A stretch of DNA of 64,000 nt, taken from NCBI GenBank assembly GCA_913052565.1, contig CAJXFH010000001.1, positions 15,772 to 79,771 on the forward strand, read 5' to 3'. Positions 38,735 to 47,563 of this stretch are shown in pieces. This DNA is from an uncultured Gammaproteobacteria bacterium (GTDB lineage Bacteria > Pseudomonadota > Gammaproteobacteria > Magnimaribacterales > TMED112). A model generated the notes under the pieces. The model was not told where the DNA came from and did no database searches. It saw nothing but the letters and a program-made list of their open reading frames with translations. Numbering within the stretch: position 1 is the first letter of the stretch; each line of letters opens with the position of its first letter. The position numbers and the translations under genes are program-made.

Positions 38735-39620
38735 AAAGGTAGTAAATCAAAATCAATAGAACAGGGAATGCCTGTAAATAGAATGGTAGAAGAAATACAG
38801 CTATTGAGTCAGCAAAAACAGATTCTATAAAGCCATAAATTAAACAGGCTCCAAATCCATAAATAATAATTCTATTCACATTCAAGGTTTTAGTGAACGA
38901 GAGCAAAATTTCCAATCCAACTAAAAAAATAACAAGGTAAGACAGAAAATTTAAACTCCGTCTGAGTAACTCAGTTTTCGAAACCAAACTAAATTTTTCA
39001 AAGGAAGAAGATGAATTTTCAATTAATTCTGAAAAAGACAAATGTTTAATGTTTGAATTGTAATTTAATTTACTAAACGCCCCACTGTATTGATCTTTAA
39101 TTTCAAGGTCACCTTCTTTCGAAAATTTCAATGACAATTCTTCAGAAACTAAAACAAAACTTTCAGAATCAGGCTTCTGAATTTCGATTATTACAGGAGT
39201 ATTTTCAGTCGTATTTGAGACCTTAGATTTTCTTAGCTCAACAGCAGATTTTGTTAGGTCTGGCACAATAAATTCATAGGAAGCAGTAGATAAAAGAAAA
39301 ACCGGGGCAAATATCATAATAGTGTATTTGGTTTTATTTAAGCCAGCTTGACGAACAGTATTAAAAGCTCTTAAAAAACTTGCATCCACAAATATTGCTA
39401 AAAATCCAACAACGGCTGCAATGTAAATAAAGCTTCGCATTCTATATGGTTCTGTAGCTACTAAAAATGAAAGAGCGTCCAGGTAGGTATAGTTTTCGTT
39501 TATATTTTTTATTTCGGAAAAGAAATTAAAAGCAAAATCAATTGCGGAAATTATCAGTAGAGCTCCAAGGAAAGAGAGCATGGATTTTTTAAAGATATAT
39601 TTATATGCCTTCATAACCAA
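38712..39620 (-). CDS. lptG: LPS export ABC permease LptG (short)
   Basis: It has a YjgP/YjgQ-type topology. It follows lptF with a 20-nt overlap, in the conserved pepA/lptF-lptG arrangement. Confidence 0.8.
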   Translation of the reverse strand: MVMKAYKYIFKKSMLSFLGALLIISAIDFAFNFFSEIKNINENYTYLDALSFLVATEPYRMRSFIYIAAVVGFLAIFVDASFLRAFNTVRQAGLNKTKYTIMIFAPVFLLSTASYEFIVPDLTKSAVELRKSKVSNTTENTPVIIEIQKPDSESFVLVSEELSLKFSKEGDLEIKDQYSGAFSKLNYNSNIKHLSFSELIENSSSSFEKFSLVSKTELLRRSLNFLSYLVIFLVGLEILLSFTKTLNVNRIIIYGFGACLIYGFIESVFADSIAVFLLPFYLQAFPVLLILIYYLFRKRFFF

Positions 39621-40626
39621 GAACCTTTTTGACTGTCTTCAATGTGAGCATGCAAGTAATGCCGAGCATCAATATGTGAATACTTAAAAAATCTGTTAGC
39701 AAACCTTCAGTATCTTGTGCATCTGATTCAAACGCAGAAAGAGTCAGCAACAAATACATAATATTAATGACTGCTAGAAAGAAGTATGTTTTTTCACGAC
39801 CAAAGAAAGAGCTATAACTAGAAAAAAAGATTGAAAAAATAAAAGTGATAATACAAAAAATTGGGATGGTGAACCTTATTAAAAGTTCTTTAAGATTTGA
39901 AATATTTAAATCTTTTATCAAGCTAATTGTAGATACGTATTCATCTGATGAATAATCCTGTATAGGAATATCTGCTTGAGAAAATTTTGAAATTGCATTT
40001 CTATCGTTATCAAATAAAAAACCATCACTGAGTATCAGACTGAAACCATTTTTTGTCTTATTAATTACAGCTGTATCACCATAGATAAATTTGTCGATCG
40101 ATTGAGACTCTATAAAGATCAAATCCCTATATACATCATTCTCTTTTGTGCCATATACGTTGAAACTGTCAGATTGAAGAGCAACTAAACCTGAAGGCGT
40201 CAAAATTTTCGATGCAAATGAATTATCTTTATCTAATAAATCCTCACCCTGACTTGTAAAATATGGGGAAACAAATGCACTCAAAAGTGTAGAAATTCCA
40301 AAAATACCAATGAGCACCCACTTTTGCCCCAGAAGTATTGCACCAGCAGATAATGAGCCAGCCCTTAAAACAGGATCATGGTTCTTAAACAAAGGCGTCA
40401 TTACGAAACCAATAGCTAAAAAAACACTTATTGGAAACACTAAATTAAGCAATCCAGGAGAAAATAAAATTAGTGCAAAAAAGATGTTTTCGGCTGAAAT
40501 CTTGCCTACTTCAGCCTGTGAGAGAAAAATGTTAAATCGAGAAAGTAGCACTAATCCAAAAAGAACTAGTGAAACCCAGCAAATGTTTACTATAATTTCC
40601 TTACTGATATAACGTGAAATAATCAC
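39601..40626 (-). CDS. lptF: LPS export ABC permease LptF
   Basis: The N-terminus MIISRYISKEI is typical of the YjgP/YjgQ family. It is divergent from pepA, as in E. coli and Pseudomonas. Confidence 0.8.
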   Translation of the reverse strand: MIISRYISKEIIVNICWVSLVLFGLVLLSRFNIFLSQAEVGKISAENIFFALILFSPGLLNLVFPISVFLAIGFVMTPLFKNHDPVLRAGSLSAGAILLGQKWVLIGIFGISTLLSAFVSPYFTSQGEDLLDKDNSFASKILTPSGLVALQSDSFNVYGTKENDVYRDLIFIESQSIDKFIYGDTAVINKTKNGFSLILSDGFLFDNDRNAISKFSQADIPIQDYSSDEYVSTISLIKDLNISNLKELLIRFTIPIFCIITFIFSIFFSSYSSFFGREKTYFFLAVINIMYLLLTLSAFESDAQDTEGLLTDFLSIHILMLGITCMLTLKTVKKVLGYEGI

Positions 40627-40654
40627 TTCTTAAGGATATCAAAAAGGAGAAAAA

Positions 40655-42127
40655 ATGGCATTTTATAAAGCACTAGAAAATATCGAACTGAAAAAATATT
40701 CAGAAGCATCTGAGGAAAACTTTGGGGTAGTTTTTTATTCAAAAGGTTCACTTAAAACAACAAAACTATTTGACAAGGCTGTAAAAGAAAAAGTTTCAAA
40801 ATTTTTTGCAGACGAATCTAAATCAATTCTTATGGTTTCAAAGGAATTCTCTGATCTTTCCAGAGATGTTCTGTTTGTAAGAGATTTTGATAAGAAAAAA
40901 CCAAATCATAAAGTTGAAGGTTGGATTAATCGTATCTTTATGCATCTGGACAAATACAACGTTGAAACAGCAAGTATTTTTGCTGATACCTCCAGCTTAA
41001 TCAAAGACAAAAACTTTGTTTTTAATCTGGCTAAGTACGCAGAAAAATCTACCTATAGATACACAGATTCAAATCCTAATACCAAAAAAAATGCCATATT
41101 AAAAAATCTCGATATTTGTGTAGAGAAAAGTAGTGCTGCATTGAAAAGATCAGTAGAGCTGGGATTGAACGTTGGAAGAGGAGCAAATACTGCGCGTAAT
41201 CTTGGTAATAGGCCAGCAAATTATGCGACCCCAACTTACATAGCAGACCAAGTTGTTGCCTTAGCTAAAGACATAGGCGGCTTTAAAGTCGATGTTTTAG
41301 AAGAAAAGGATATGAAAAAACTTGGTATGGGCTCACTATTGTCTGTTTCAGAAGGAAGTGTTGAGCCAGCTAAGCTTGTCACTATGGAATACAAAGGCGG
41401 CAAAAAAGGTGCGAAGCCAATTGTGCTTGTTGGTAAAGGAGTCACTTTTGATACAGGAGGCATTAGTCTTAAGCCAGGCCTGAAGATGGACGAAATGAAA
41501 TGGGATATGTCAGGAGCCGGTTCTGTAATCGGCACTATGTGTGCTGTTGCAGCCTCAAAATTGCCTGTGAATCTTGTCTGTGCTGTTGGTTTGACAGAAA
41601 ATATGCCAGCAGGAAATGCAACTAAACCAGGTGATGTAGTAACTTCTATGTCAGGACAAACTATCGAAGTTCTTAATACTGATGCAGAAGGTAGGTTGGT
41701 CTTATGCGACGTGCTTACATACATAGGTAAATATGATCCAAAAGTTGTGATTGATACAGCAACACTGACAGGCGCAGTAATTATTGCTCTGGGCAATGTT
41801 GCAGCTGGAGTCATGGGTAATGATCAAAAACTTATAGATAAGATTCTTGAAGCTGGACACGTGTCAGGTGAAAAAGCATGGCAATTGCCGCTTTGGGATG
41901 AATATCAAAGTTATCTCGATTCAAACTTTGCTGATATTGCTAACATTGCACCTGGTAGAGCAGCTGGAACTATTGAAGGAGGCTGTTTCTTGTCAAGATT
42001 TGCAGAAGATTACAAATGGGCTCATGTTGACATTGCTGGCGTAGCAGATATTGGTGACGGAAAAAATAAAGGATCAACTGGTAAGCCTGTTGGTCTCTTG
42101 TTTGAGTATGTAAATAGTAATCGTTAA
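40655..42127 (+). CDS. pepA: leucyl aminopeptidase (M17)
   Basis: It has VGKGVTFDTGGISLKP and NTDAEGRLVLCD. A strong SD (AAGGAG) lies upstream. Confidence 0.95.
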   Translation: MAFYKALENIELKKYSEASEENFGVVFYSKGSLKTTKLFDKAVKEKVSKFFADESKSILMVSKEFSDLSRDVLFVRDFDKKKPNHKVEGWINRIFMHLDKYNVETASIFADTSSLIKDKNFVFNLAKYAEKSTYRYTDSNPNTKKNAILKNLDICVEKSSAALKRSVELGLNVGRGANTARNLGNRPANYATPTYIADQVVALAKDIGGFKVDVLEEKDMKKLGMGSLLSVSEGSVEPAKLVTMEYKGGKKGAKPIVLVGKGVTFDTGGISLKPGLKMDEMKWDMSGAGSVIGTMCAVAASKLPVNLVCAVGLTENMPAGNATKPGDVVTSMSGQTIEVLNTDAEGRLVLCDVLTYIGKYDPKVVIDTATLTGAVIIALGNVAAGVMGNDQKLIDKILEAGHVSGEKAWQLPLWDEYQSYLDSNFADIANIAPGRAAGTIEGGCFLSRFAEDYKWAHVDIAGVADIGDGKNKGSTGKPVGLLFEYVNSNR

Positions 42128-42531
42128 TGGCAGCAACGTTTTTTTCAGGCTTTAAAGACCAAAAATCTGCCCTAAATTTTTTACTAGATAATATTTATAC
42201 TGGGTTTCAAATTCATAACTCAATTTGTGTGGTATTAAAGGACGAAAGACAACAAGAAAACTTTAAAAAAGCCCAACAGCAGAAATATTTTGAGAACTCA
42301 AAATTAGAATATCTCTACGATAAAAATATTTCTTTTATAGCAGAAGAACCATCGAGTCCTTTCGATGAAATACATATTTTTAGTGATAAGGTCATGCAGC
42401 TTTCAGCTGAACTAAGTGATGAAGTATATGTTTATACCACTAGCTCTGACGAAGCAGTCAATAAAGCTTCGAGAGAGCTCTATGCTAACCTGAAGAAAGA
42501 TAATTTTGAGTTAAAACACGAAGCAATCTAA
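42127..42531 (+). CDS. holC: probable DNA polymerase III chi subunit
   Basis: It is a 134-aa protein in the conserved pepA-holC-valS slot, with ATGA/TAATG-type coupling on both sides. The sequence is divergent, so the call rests mainly on synteny and size. Confidence 0.6.
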   Translation: MAATFFSGFKDQKSALNFLLDNIYTGFQIHNSICVVLKDERQQENFKKAQQQKYFENSKLEYLYDKNISFIAEEPSSPFDEIHIFSDKVMQLSAELSDEVYVYTTSSDEAVNKASRELYANLKKDNFELKHEAI

Positions 42532-44756
42532 TGGAAGCAAAATATTTCCCAATTCAAATAGAAGAAAAATGGTCAAAGATTTGGGCAGAGAGAGATTTAA
42601 CTAAACCTAATTCTGACGATCATTTCTCTCAAATAATTCCTCCACCAAATGTAACTGGCACCTTGCATATGGGGCATAGTTTCCAATACGCGATTATGGA
42701 TTTTTATACTAGGTATCATCATATGAAAGGTACTGATGCCTATTGGCAAGTAGGAACAGACCATGCTGGTATAGCAACACAAATGGTTGTTGAAAATAAT
42801 CTGCTTAATGAAGGCAAAACCAAGGATGCTTTAGGACGTGAAAAGTTCTTAGAGGAAGTATGGAAATGGAAGGATTACTCTGAAGATAAAATTTCTTCTC
42901 AAATGAAAAGATTGGGTATTACAGTTGAATGGGATAAGTATCGTTTCACTTATGATGACGAATTTTGTGAAGGGGTAACAAAAGCTTTTGTAGAGCTCTA
43001 TAGAAAAGAAAAAATATATCGAGGTTATAGGCTTGTTAATTGGGATCCTTCACTCAAGACTGCCGTTTCAGACCTTGAAGTTATACGTCAAGAGAAAGAT
43101 GGTCTGCTTTGGCATATATCTTATCCATTAACTGATTCTGATGAGTGCTTGATTGTTGCAACTACCAGGCCTGAAACAATGTTTGGTGACATGGCCGTTG
43201 CAGTCAATCCAAAAGATGAGAGATTTAAACAGCACATTGGTAAATTTGTCGAGCTGCCATTTGTAGGCAGAAAGATTCCTGTGATTGGAGATGAATACGT
43301 TGATATGGAATTTGGAACAGGTTGTCTAAAGATTACACCAGGGCATGATTTTAATGACTACGAGATCGGCAAGAAGTATGCGCTACACGAAGTAGATGGC
43401 GTTGTTCACACATCAGATAAACTCGAGGACTTCGAACCAATAAATATTTTTACGGACGAAGCTTTTTCAAATGATAATGTTCCTGCTCCATTCAATAACC
43501 TAGATCGCTTTAAAGTTAGAAAAGCAGTCCTTGAAGAATTAAAAAATAAAGATCTCCTAGTGCATGAGGAAAAGCATCATATCAGTGTGCCCCGAGGCGA
43601 AAGATCAAATATAGTTATTGAGCCAAAACTAAGTTATCAGTGGTACGTTAAAACTGAAGACATGGCCAAACAGGCAAATAATGCAGTCAACAACGGCGAG
43701 GTCGTATTTCATCCAAGCAATTGGGATAAAACCTATTTTAATTGGATGGATAACATTCAAGATTGGTGTATTAGTCGTCAAATTTGGTGGGGCCATAGAA
43801 TTCCGGCTTGGCATGACAACGAAGGCAACACTTATGTTGGTTTTGATGAAGCAGAAGTCAGAGAATTTTATAGCCTGGATGACAGAGCTTTAAAGCAAGA
43901 AGAAGATGTGCTCGATACTTGGTTCTCAGCCTCACTATGGCCATTTGGCTCATTGGGCTGGCCAAAAGATACTGAAGATTTTAAAAAGTTCTTCCCTACT
44001 ACACTTTTAGTTACTGGCTTTGACATTATCTTTTTCTGGGTCGCACGGATGATGATGATGAGCTTAGAATTCACTGGCAAGGTGCCTTTCAAAGATGTCT
44101 ATGTGACAGGTCTAATTAGAGATGAAAACGGCCAAAAGATGTCAAAATCCAAAGGTAATATTATTGACCCAATCGATTTAATTTATGGCATAGACCTAGA
44201 AGACTTAGTAACTAAAAGAACTACAAATTTAATGCAAGAGGGCCTGGCTGAAAAGATTGAACGTAAAACTCGCAAACAATTTCCTAATGGGATTGAGTCT
44301 TATGGCACTGATGCTGTTCGAATGACTTTCTTTTCACTTGCAACTCATACACGTGATATAAGTTTTGAGCTTGGACGACTTAAAGGCTACCGAAATTTTT
44401 GCAATAAAATCTGGAACGCAGCTAGATTCATAAATAACTATCCCATGGAATCAAGTGAGTTTGTTGCTAAAAATGAGGCCGATAAGAAAATTGAGGAAAA
44501 ATTTAATCAAGTTTCAGCACAGATTCAAAAAAATATCGAAGAGTATCGATTAGACTTTGCCATGAATGAAGTTTATGAATTCTTTTGGGGTGAATTCTGC
44601 GATAAATACATTGAAGAATGTAAAGCGTCTGGTGAAACAGCAAACTTACACCCAATGCTCAAGAAATTATTGCTTCTAATGCATCCCTTCTGTCCTTTTA
44701 TTACTGAAGAGATCAATGAACTTATTTTTAAAGACGGTTCATTGATGGATCTTTAA
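42531..44756 (+). CDS. valS: valyl-tRNA synthetase lacking the C-terminal coiled-coil region (741 aa)
   Basis: It has HIGH (PPPNVTGTLHMGH), the editing-domain motifs TTRPETMFGD and GTGCLKITPGHDFND, and KMSKS (KMSKSKGN). The protein ends about 20 aa after HPFCPFITEE. Confidence 0.95.
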   Translation: MEAKYFPIQIEEKWSKIWAERDLTKPNSDDHFSQIIPPPNVTGTLHMGHSFQYAIMDFYTRYHHMKGTDAYWQVGTDHAGIATQMVVENNLLNEGKTKDALGREKFLEEVWKWKDYSEDKISSQMKRLGITVEWDKYRFTYDDEFCEGVTKAFVELYRKEKIYRGYRLVNWDPSLKTAVSDLEVIRQEKDGLLWHISYPLTDSDECLIVATTRPETMFGDMAVAVNPKDERFKQHIGKFVELPFVGRKIPVIGDEYVDMEFGTGCLKITPGHDFNDYEIGKKYALHEVDGVVHTSDKLEDFEPINIFTDEAFSNDNVPAPFNNLDRFKVRKAVLEELKNKDLLVHEEKHHISVPRGERSNIVIEPKLSYQWYVKTEDMAKQANNAVNNGEVVFHPSNWDKTYFNWMDNIQDWCISRQIWWGHRIPAWHDNEGNTYVGFDEAEVREFYSLDDRALKQEEDVLDTWFSASLWPFGSLGWPKDTEDFKKFFPTTLLVTGFDIIFFWVARMMMMSLEFTGKVPFKDVYVTGLIRDENGQKMSKSKGNIIDPIDLIYGIDLEDLVTKRTTNLMQEGLAEKIERKTRKQFPNGIESYGTDAVRMTFFSLATHTRDISFELGRLKGYRNFCNKIWNAARFINNYPMESSEFVAKNEADKKIEEKFNQVSAQIQKNIEEYRLDFAMNEVYEFFWGEFCDKYIEECKASGETANLHPMLKKLLLLMHPFCPFITEEINELIFKDGSLMDL

Positions 44757-44785
44757 AAATACTTAAGAGCCCTTACAAATATTTG

Positions 44786-45439
44786 ATGGCAAAAACATTA
44801 TTAATTGGTGCAAATTCAACGATAGCCAAAGCTTTACAAGAAATCTCAGACAGAGAATTTATCTGTGTTGCTAGATCTGAGGGTACGCTCGATTTGGAGG
44901 GTGATTTATCTGAACTTGATGATATCTCAGATATAAATGGTCTGGTGTACTTTCCGGGCACAATCAATTTAAAGCCATTTACAATGCTGAAAGAGGATGA
45001 CTTCACAAGAGATTTTCAAGTAAATGTTCTGGGAGCAGCTAAAGTTGTTAAAAAAGTTATAAATAAACTAAAAGAATCTAATGGAGCAAGTGTAGTATTT
45101 GTTTCATCTGTTGCTGCAAACCTTGGGCTGCCTTTTCATGCAAGCATCGCTGCTTCAAAATCAGCATTGGAAGGCATGTCAAAAGCACTAGCGGCTGAGT
45201 ATGCAAATGCAAAGGTTTGCTTCAATCTTGTTGCACCAAGTCTGACAAAAACTAATCTTTCCACCAACCTACTCAAAACTGAAAGGCTTATTGAAGCAAG
45301 TAAAGAGAGAAATCCTATGAAAGAAATAGGTGAGCCAGAAAAAGTAGCAAGAACAATAGATTTTCTTTTAGATGCCCACAACAACTGGATGACTGGTCAA
45401 GTTATTCACATTGACGGTGGTATGAATAATTTGAAATAA
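44786..45439 (+). CDS. short-chain dehydrogenase/reductase-fold protein (atypical)
   Basis: It has a Rossmann N-terminus LLIGANSTIAKAL, an NVLG motif, a VFVSS strand, and a C-terminal GQVIHIDGG. The canonical Y-x3-K appears to be I-A-A-S-K. Confidence 0.75.
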   Translation: MAKTLLIGANSTIAKALQEISDREFICVARSEGTLDLEGDLSELDDISDINGLVYFPGTINLKPFTMLKEDDFTRDFQVNVLGAAKVVKKVINKLKESNGASVVFVSSVAANLGLPFHASIAASKSALEGMSKALAAEYANAKVCFNLVAPSLTKTNLSTNLLKTERLIEASKERNPMKEIGEPEKVARTIDFLLDAHNNWMTGQVIHIDGGMNNLK

Positions 45440-45440
45440 A

Positions 45441-46163
45441 CTACTCAATAAGTTTATTTGGATCTTTTTGGGAAACTTCCCATCGCTTTCTAAGATAATT
45501 GCAGTTTTCACATGAACTTGCTGGTTTAGGCATGTCTCCATCTAAAGTATTTTTTGCGTTTAAGACAGCTTCTTCAACCCAACTGTTATCACACTCTAAC
45601 CTTACTAGATGCAAGTCAAAGGTTAATTGTTGATTAAACATTGGTTCATGCTTTTTACCATTGTAGTAAACCAAATAGCCCTCTGAAGCTACTTCAAAAC
45701 CATTCTTCTCTAGCAACCATTGATACATTTCAAGTTGTCTTTGATAGCCCTTAGCGTATTCCCATTTAGAGTATGTGTCTTCCCAATCAAAAACATTTTT
45801 AGATGTAGATTTAACATCTACAACGATGAGTTCTCCACTTGGTTTCTGCCAAATATCATCAACAGCACCACCAAAGTTATAGCCAGCTTCTTCATTGATA
45901 AATCTAATACCTTTGAAATTATTACGCCACTCATCCATTTTTTCATGTGCAAATGGCACAGCTTCAATTCCATGCTCTATAAACATTGGGTGTGGTTCGG
46001 CTTTAGCACGGTAATGATCAAATTCATTTTTACAAAGATTATCTACAGCACTATTGAGTGTGAAAGGTAGACTCGGTGGTCTGATTTTATGTTTGTAAGC
46101 AAGATAAAAACACCTTTGGCAATTTAAATGTTGCTCAACTGCTGATCTGCTTATCTTATGCAT
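45441..46163 (-). CDS. Cas4/RecB-like PD-(D/E)XK nuclease with four conserved Cys
   Basis: The nuclease motifs are GGAVDD, VVDVKS (D-x-K) and QRQLEMYQWLL (Q-x3-Y). A C-x2-C lies near the N-terminus (NCQRCFY) and another near the C-terminus (SCENCNY). Confidence 0.7.
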   Translation of the reverse strand: MHKISRSAVEQHLNCQRCFYLAYKHKIRPPSLPFTLNSAVDNLCKNEFDHYRAKAEPHPMFIEHGIEAVPFAHEKMDEWRNNFKGIRFINEEAGYNFGGAVDDIWQKPSGELIVVDVKSTSKNVFDWEDTYSKWEYAKGYQRQLEMYQWLLEKNGFEVASEGYLVYYNGKKHEPMFNQQLTFDLHLVRLECDNSWVEEAVLNAKNTLDGDMPKPASSCENCNYLRKRWEVSQKDPNKLIE

Positions 46164-46611
46164 TTCTTAACATCTCAATATGAGGGATATCATCCTCTAA
46201 GTATTCCTCACTTGCCTTAATAAAGCCAAACTTTTCGTAATAATTTTCTAAATAGCTCTGTGCAGATATTCTTATAGCTTGCGCACTTTCTTTTTGTACT
46301 AAATCTATGGCTGCGTTTATGACTTGCTCAGCTATTCCCCTACTTCGATATGATTTTTTTGTGACTATTCGACCAAATGATACTTCTGCAAACCTCGTGC
46401 CAGCCGGATTAATTCTGAGATAGCTAATAATTTCTCCATTGTCTTCGACCCATAAATGTTGGCATTGATCATCTAACCCATCCATGTCTTGGTAGGGGCA
46501 ATCTTGTTCGATGATAAAGACCTCTATCCTTAGTTGCATGATCTTATAAAATTCAACCTTGTTTAATTGGTTAAAAGTTTTTATTATGACTGGTCCAGTT
46601 TGATTGGGCAT
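46156..46611 (-). CDS. elaA: GNAT acetyltransferase, ElaA-like
   Basis: LRIEVFIIEQDCPYQDMDGLDD and SRGIAEQ...YYEKFGFI...EDDIPHIEM align with E. coli ElaA as I recall it. I moved the start to Met-60 of the tracked ORF (ATG at 46611). Confidence 0.78.
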   Translation of the reverse strand: MPNQTGPVIIKTFNQLNKVEFYKIMQLRIEVFIIEQDCPYQDMDGLDDQCQHLWVEDNGEIISYLRINPAGTRFAEVSFGRIVTKKSYRSRGIAEQVINAAIDLVQKESAQAIRISAQSYLENYYEKFGFIKASEEYLEDDIPHIEMLRNA

Positions 46612-46620
46612 GAGCAAATT

Positions 46621-47109
46621 ATGAAAGAAAGTGTTTACGATTTCAAAGTTAAAGACATAAATGGGCAAGAAGTCTCCATGTCCGACTATAGTGGTAAAGT
46701 TTTGCTTATTTGTAATGTTGCAAGTACATGTGGCTTCACACCTCAATACGCTGGTTTGCAAAAAATCTATGACAACTTTAAAGATCAAGGCCTAGAAATT
46801 CTCGCTTTTCCATGCAATCAATTCGGAAATCAAGAAAAAGGCGATGAACAGGAAATTAAAGAGTTTTGTGAAGCAAACTATGGTGTAACTTTTCCTATAT
46901 TCAGCAAAATAGATGTTAATGGTGCTAAAGCTGAGCCTCTATTTGTCTATTTGAAATCACAAATCAAAGGTTTCATGAATACGGAAAGTATTAAATGGAA
47001 TTTTTCTAAATTTTTGGTAAATAAAAATGGGCAAGTAGAAAAACGATACGGTTCATTAGATTATCCTGAGGCTATAGAAGCAGATGTTAAAGCTCTGTTA
47101 GACACATAA
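46621..47109 (+). CDS. glutathione peroxidase (Cys-type, BtuE-like)
   Basis: It has VYDFKVKDINGQEV...GKVLLICNVASTCGFTPQY and FPCNQFGNQE...WNFSKFLV. I set the start at ATG 46621. Confidence 0.9.
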   Translation: MKESVYDFKVKDINGQEVSMSDYSGKVLLICNVASTCGFTPQYAGLQKIYDNFKDQGLEILAFPCNQFGNQEKGDEQEIKEFCEANYGVTFPIFSKIDVNGAKAEPLFVYLKSQIKGFMNTESIKWNFSKFLVNKNGQVEKRYGSLDYPEAIEADVKALLDT

Positions 47110-47563
47110 TTATTGCATCTTCCCTACCATTTTTAGTTTGATAGTAATTTTTTCTAACTGAAAGCTGATCGAAACCATTCTTCCTATAAAAATCTTGCGC
47201 AATTCTGTTTGATCTCCTAACTTCAAGCAATGCGGTAGATAAATCGGCTAACTTCATTCTTGCTCGCAATATTTTGATCATATAGTCGCCAATTCCCTTT
47301 CGTCGCATGTCATGTGCGACTGAAATATTTTGCAAATGACATTCATCTAGCACTTTATTGGCAATGCAAAAACCAACAAGTTTTGAATTATGAATAATTA
47401 CAAAACTCATGGATCTAAGTTCAAGGATTTTTATAAAAGTTTCTTTAGACCAAGGAGTCTGATTTGAATAACCTTCAATTTCCATAACATCATCTAAGTG
47501 ATGTTCAGAAAAATTTTCTATTATGTAGTTATTCGCCAGTGAAATTTGGTTTTCTCTTCTCAA
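47087..47563 (-). CDS. rimI: ribosomal-protein-alanine N-acetyltransferase-like GNAT
   Basis: It has a GNAT core with the acetyl-CoA motif RRKGIGDYMI and an RimI-like N-region (VMEIEGYSNQTPWSKETF). Confidence 0.72.
   Translation of the reverse strand: MRRENQISLANNYIIENFSEHHLDDVMEIEGYSNQTPWSKETFIKILELRSMSFVIIHNSKLVGFCIANKVLDECHLQNISVAHDMRRKGIGDYMIKILRARMKLADLSTALLEVRRSNRIAQDFYRKNGFDQLSVRKNYYQTKNGREDAIIMCLTEL

Noticed and set aside
41236-41814. A 192-aa ORF antisense to pepA, the longest unexplained ORF in the track.
   Set aside because: It lies entirely inside the best-conserved part of pepA. Its product is low-complexity and P/T/S-rich, as expected from reading Gly/Ala/Val/Asp-rich codons backwards. 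It has no SD and no family resemblance. The same reasoning applies to the other antisense ORFs at 453-644, 11626-12015, 12605-12940, 18958-19245, 20382-20684, 26067-26387, 40310-40612 and 45720-46070.
46612-46788. A 59-codon N-terminal extension of the elaA-like ORF. The 18-codon extension of gpx from 46567 is a similar case.
   Set aside because: ElaA and Gpx homologs, as I recall them, align from the internal Met residues (46611 and 46621). The extensions overlap the opposite gene and look like non-coding translations.
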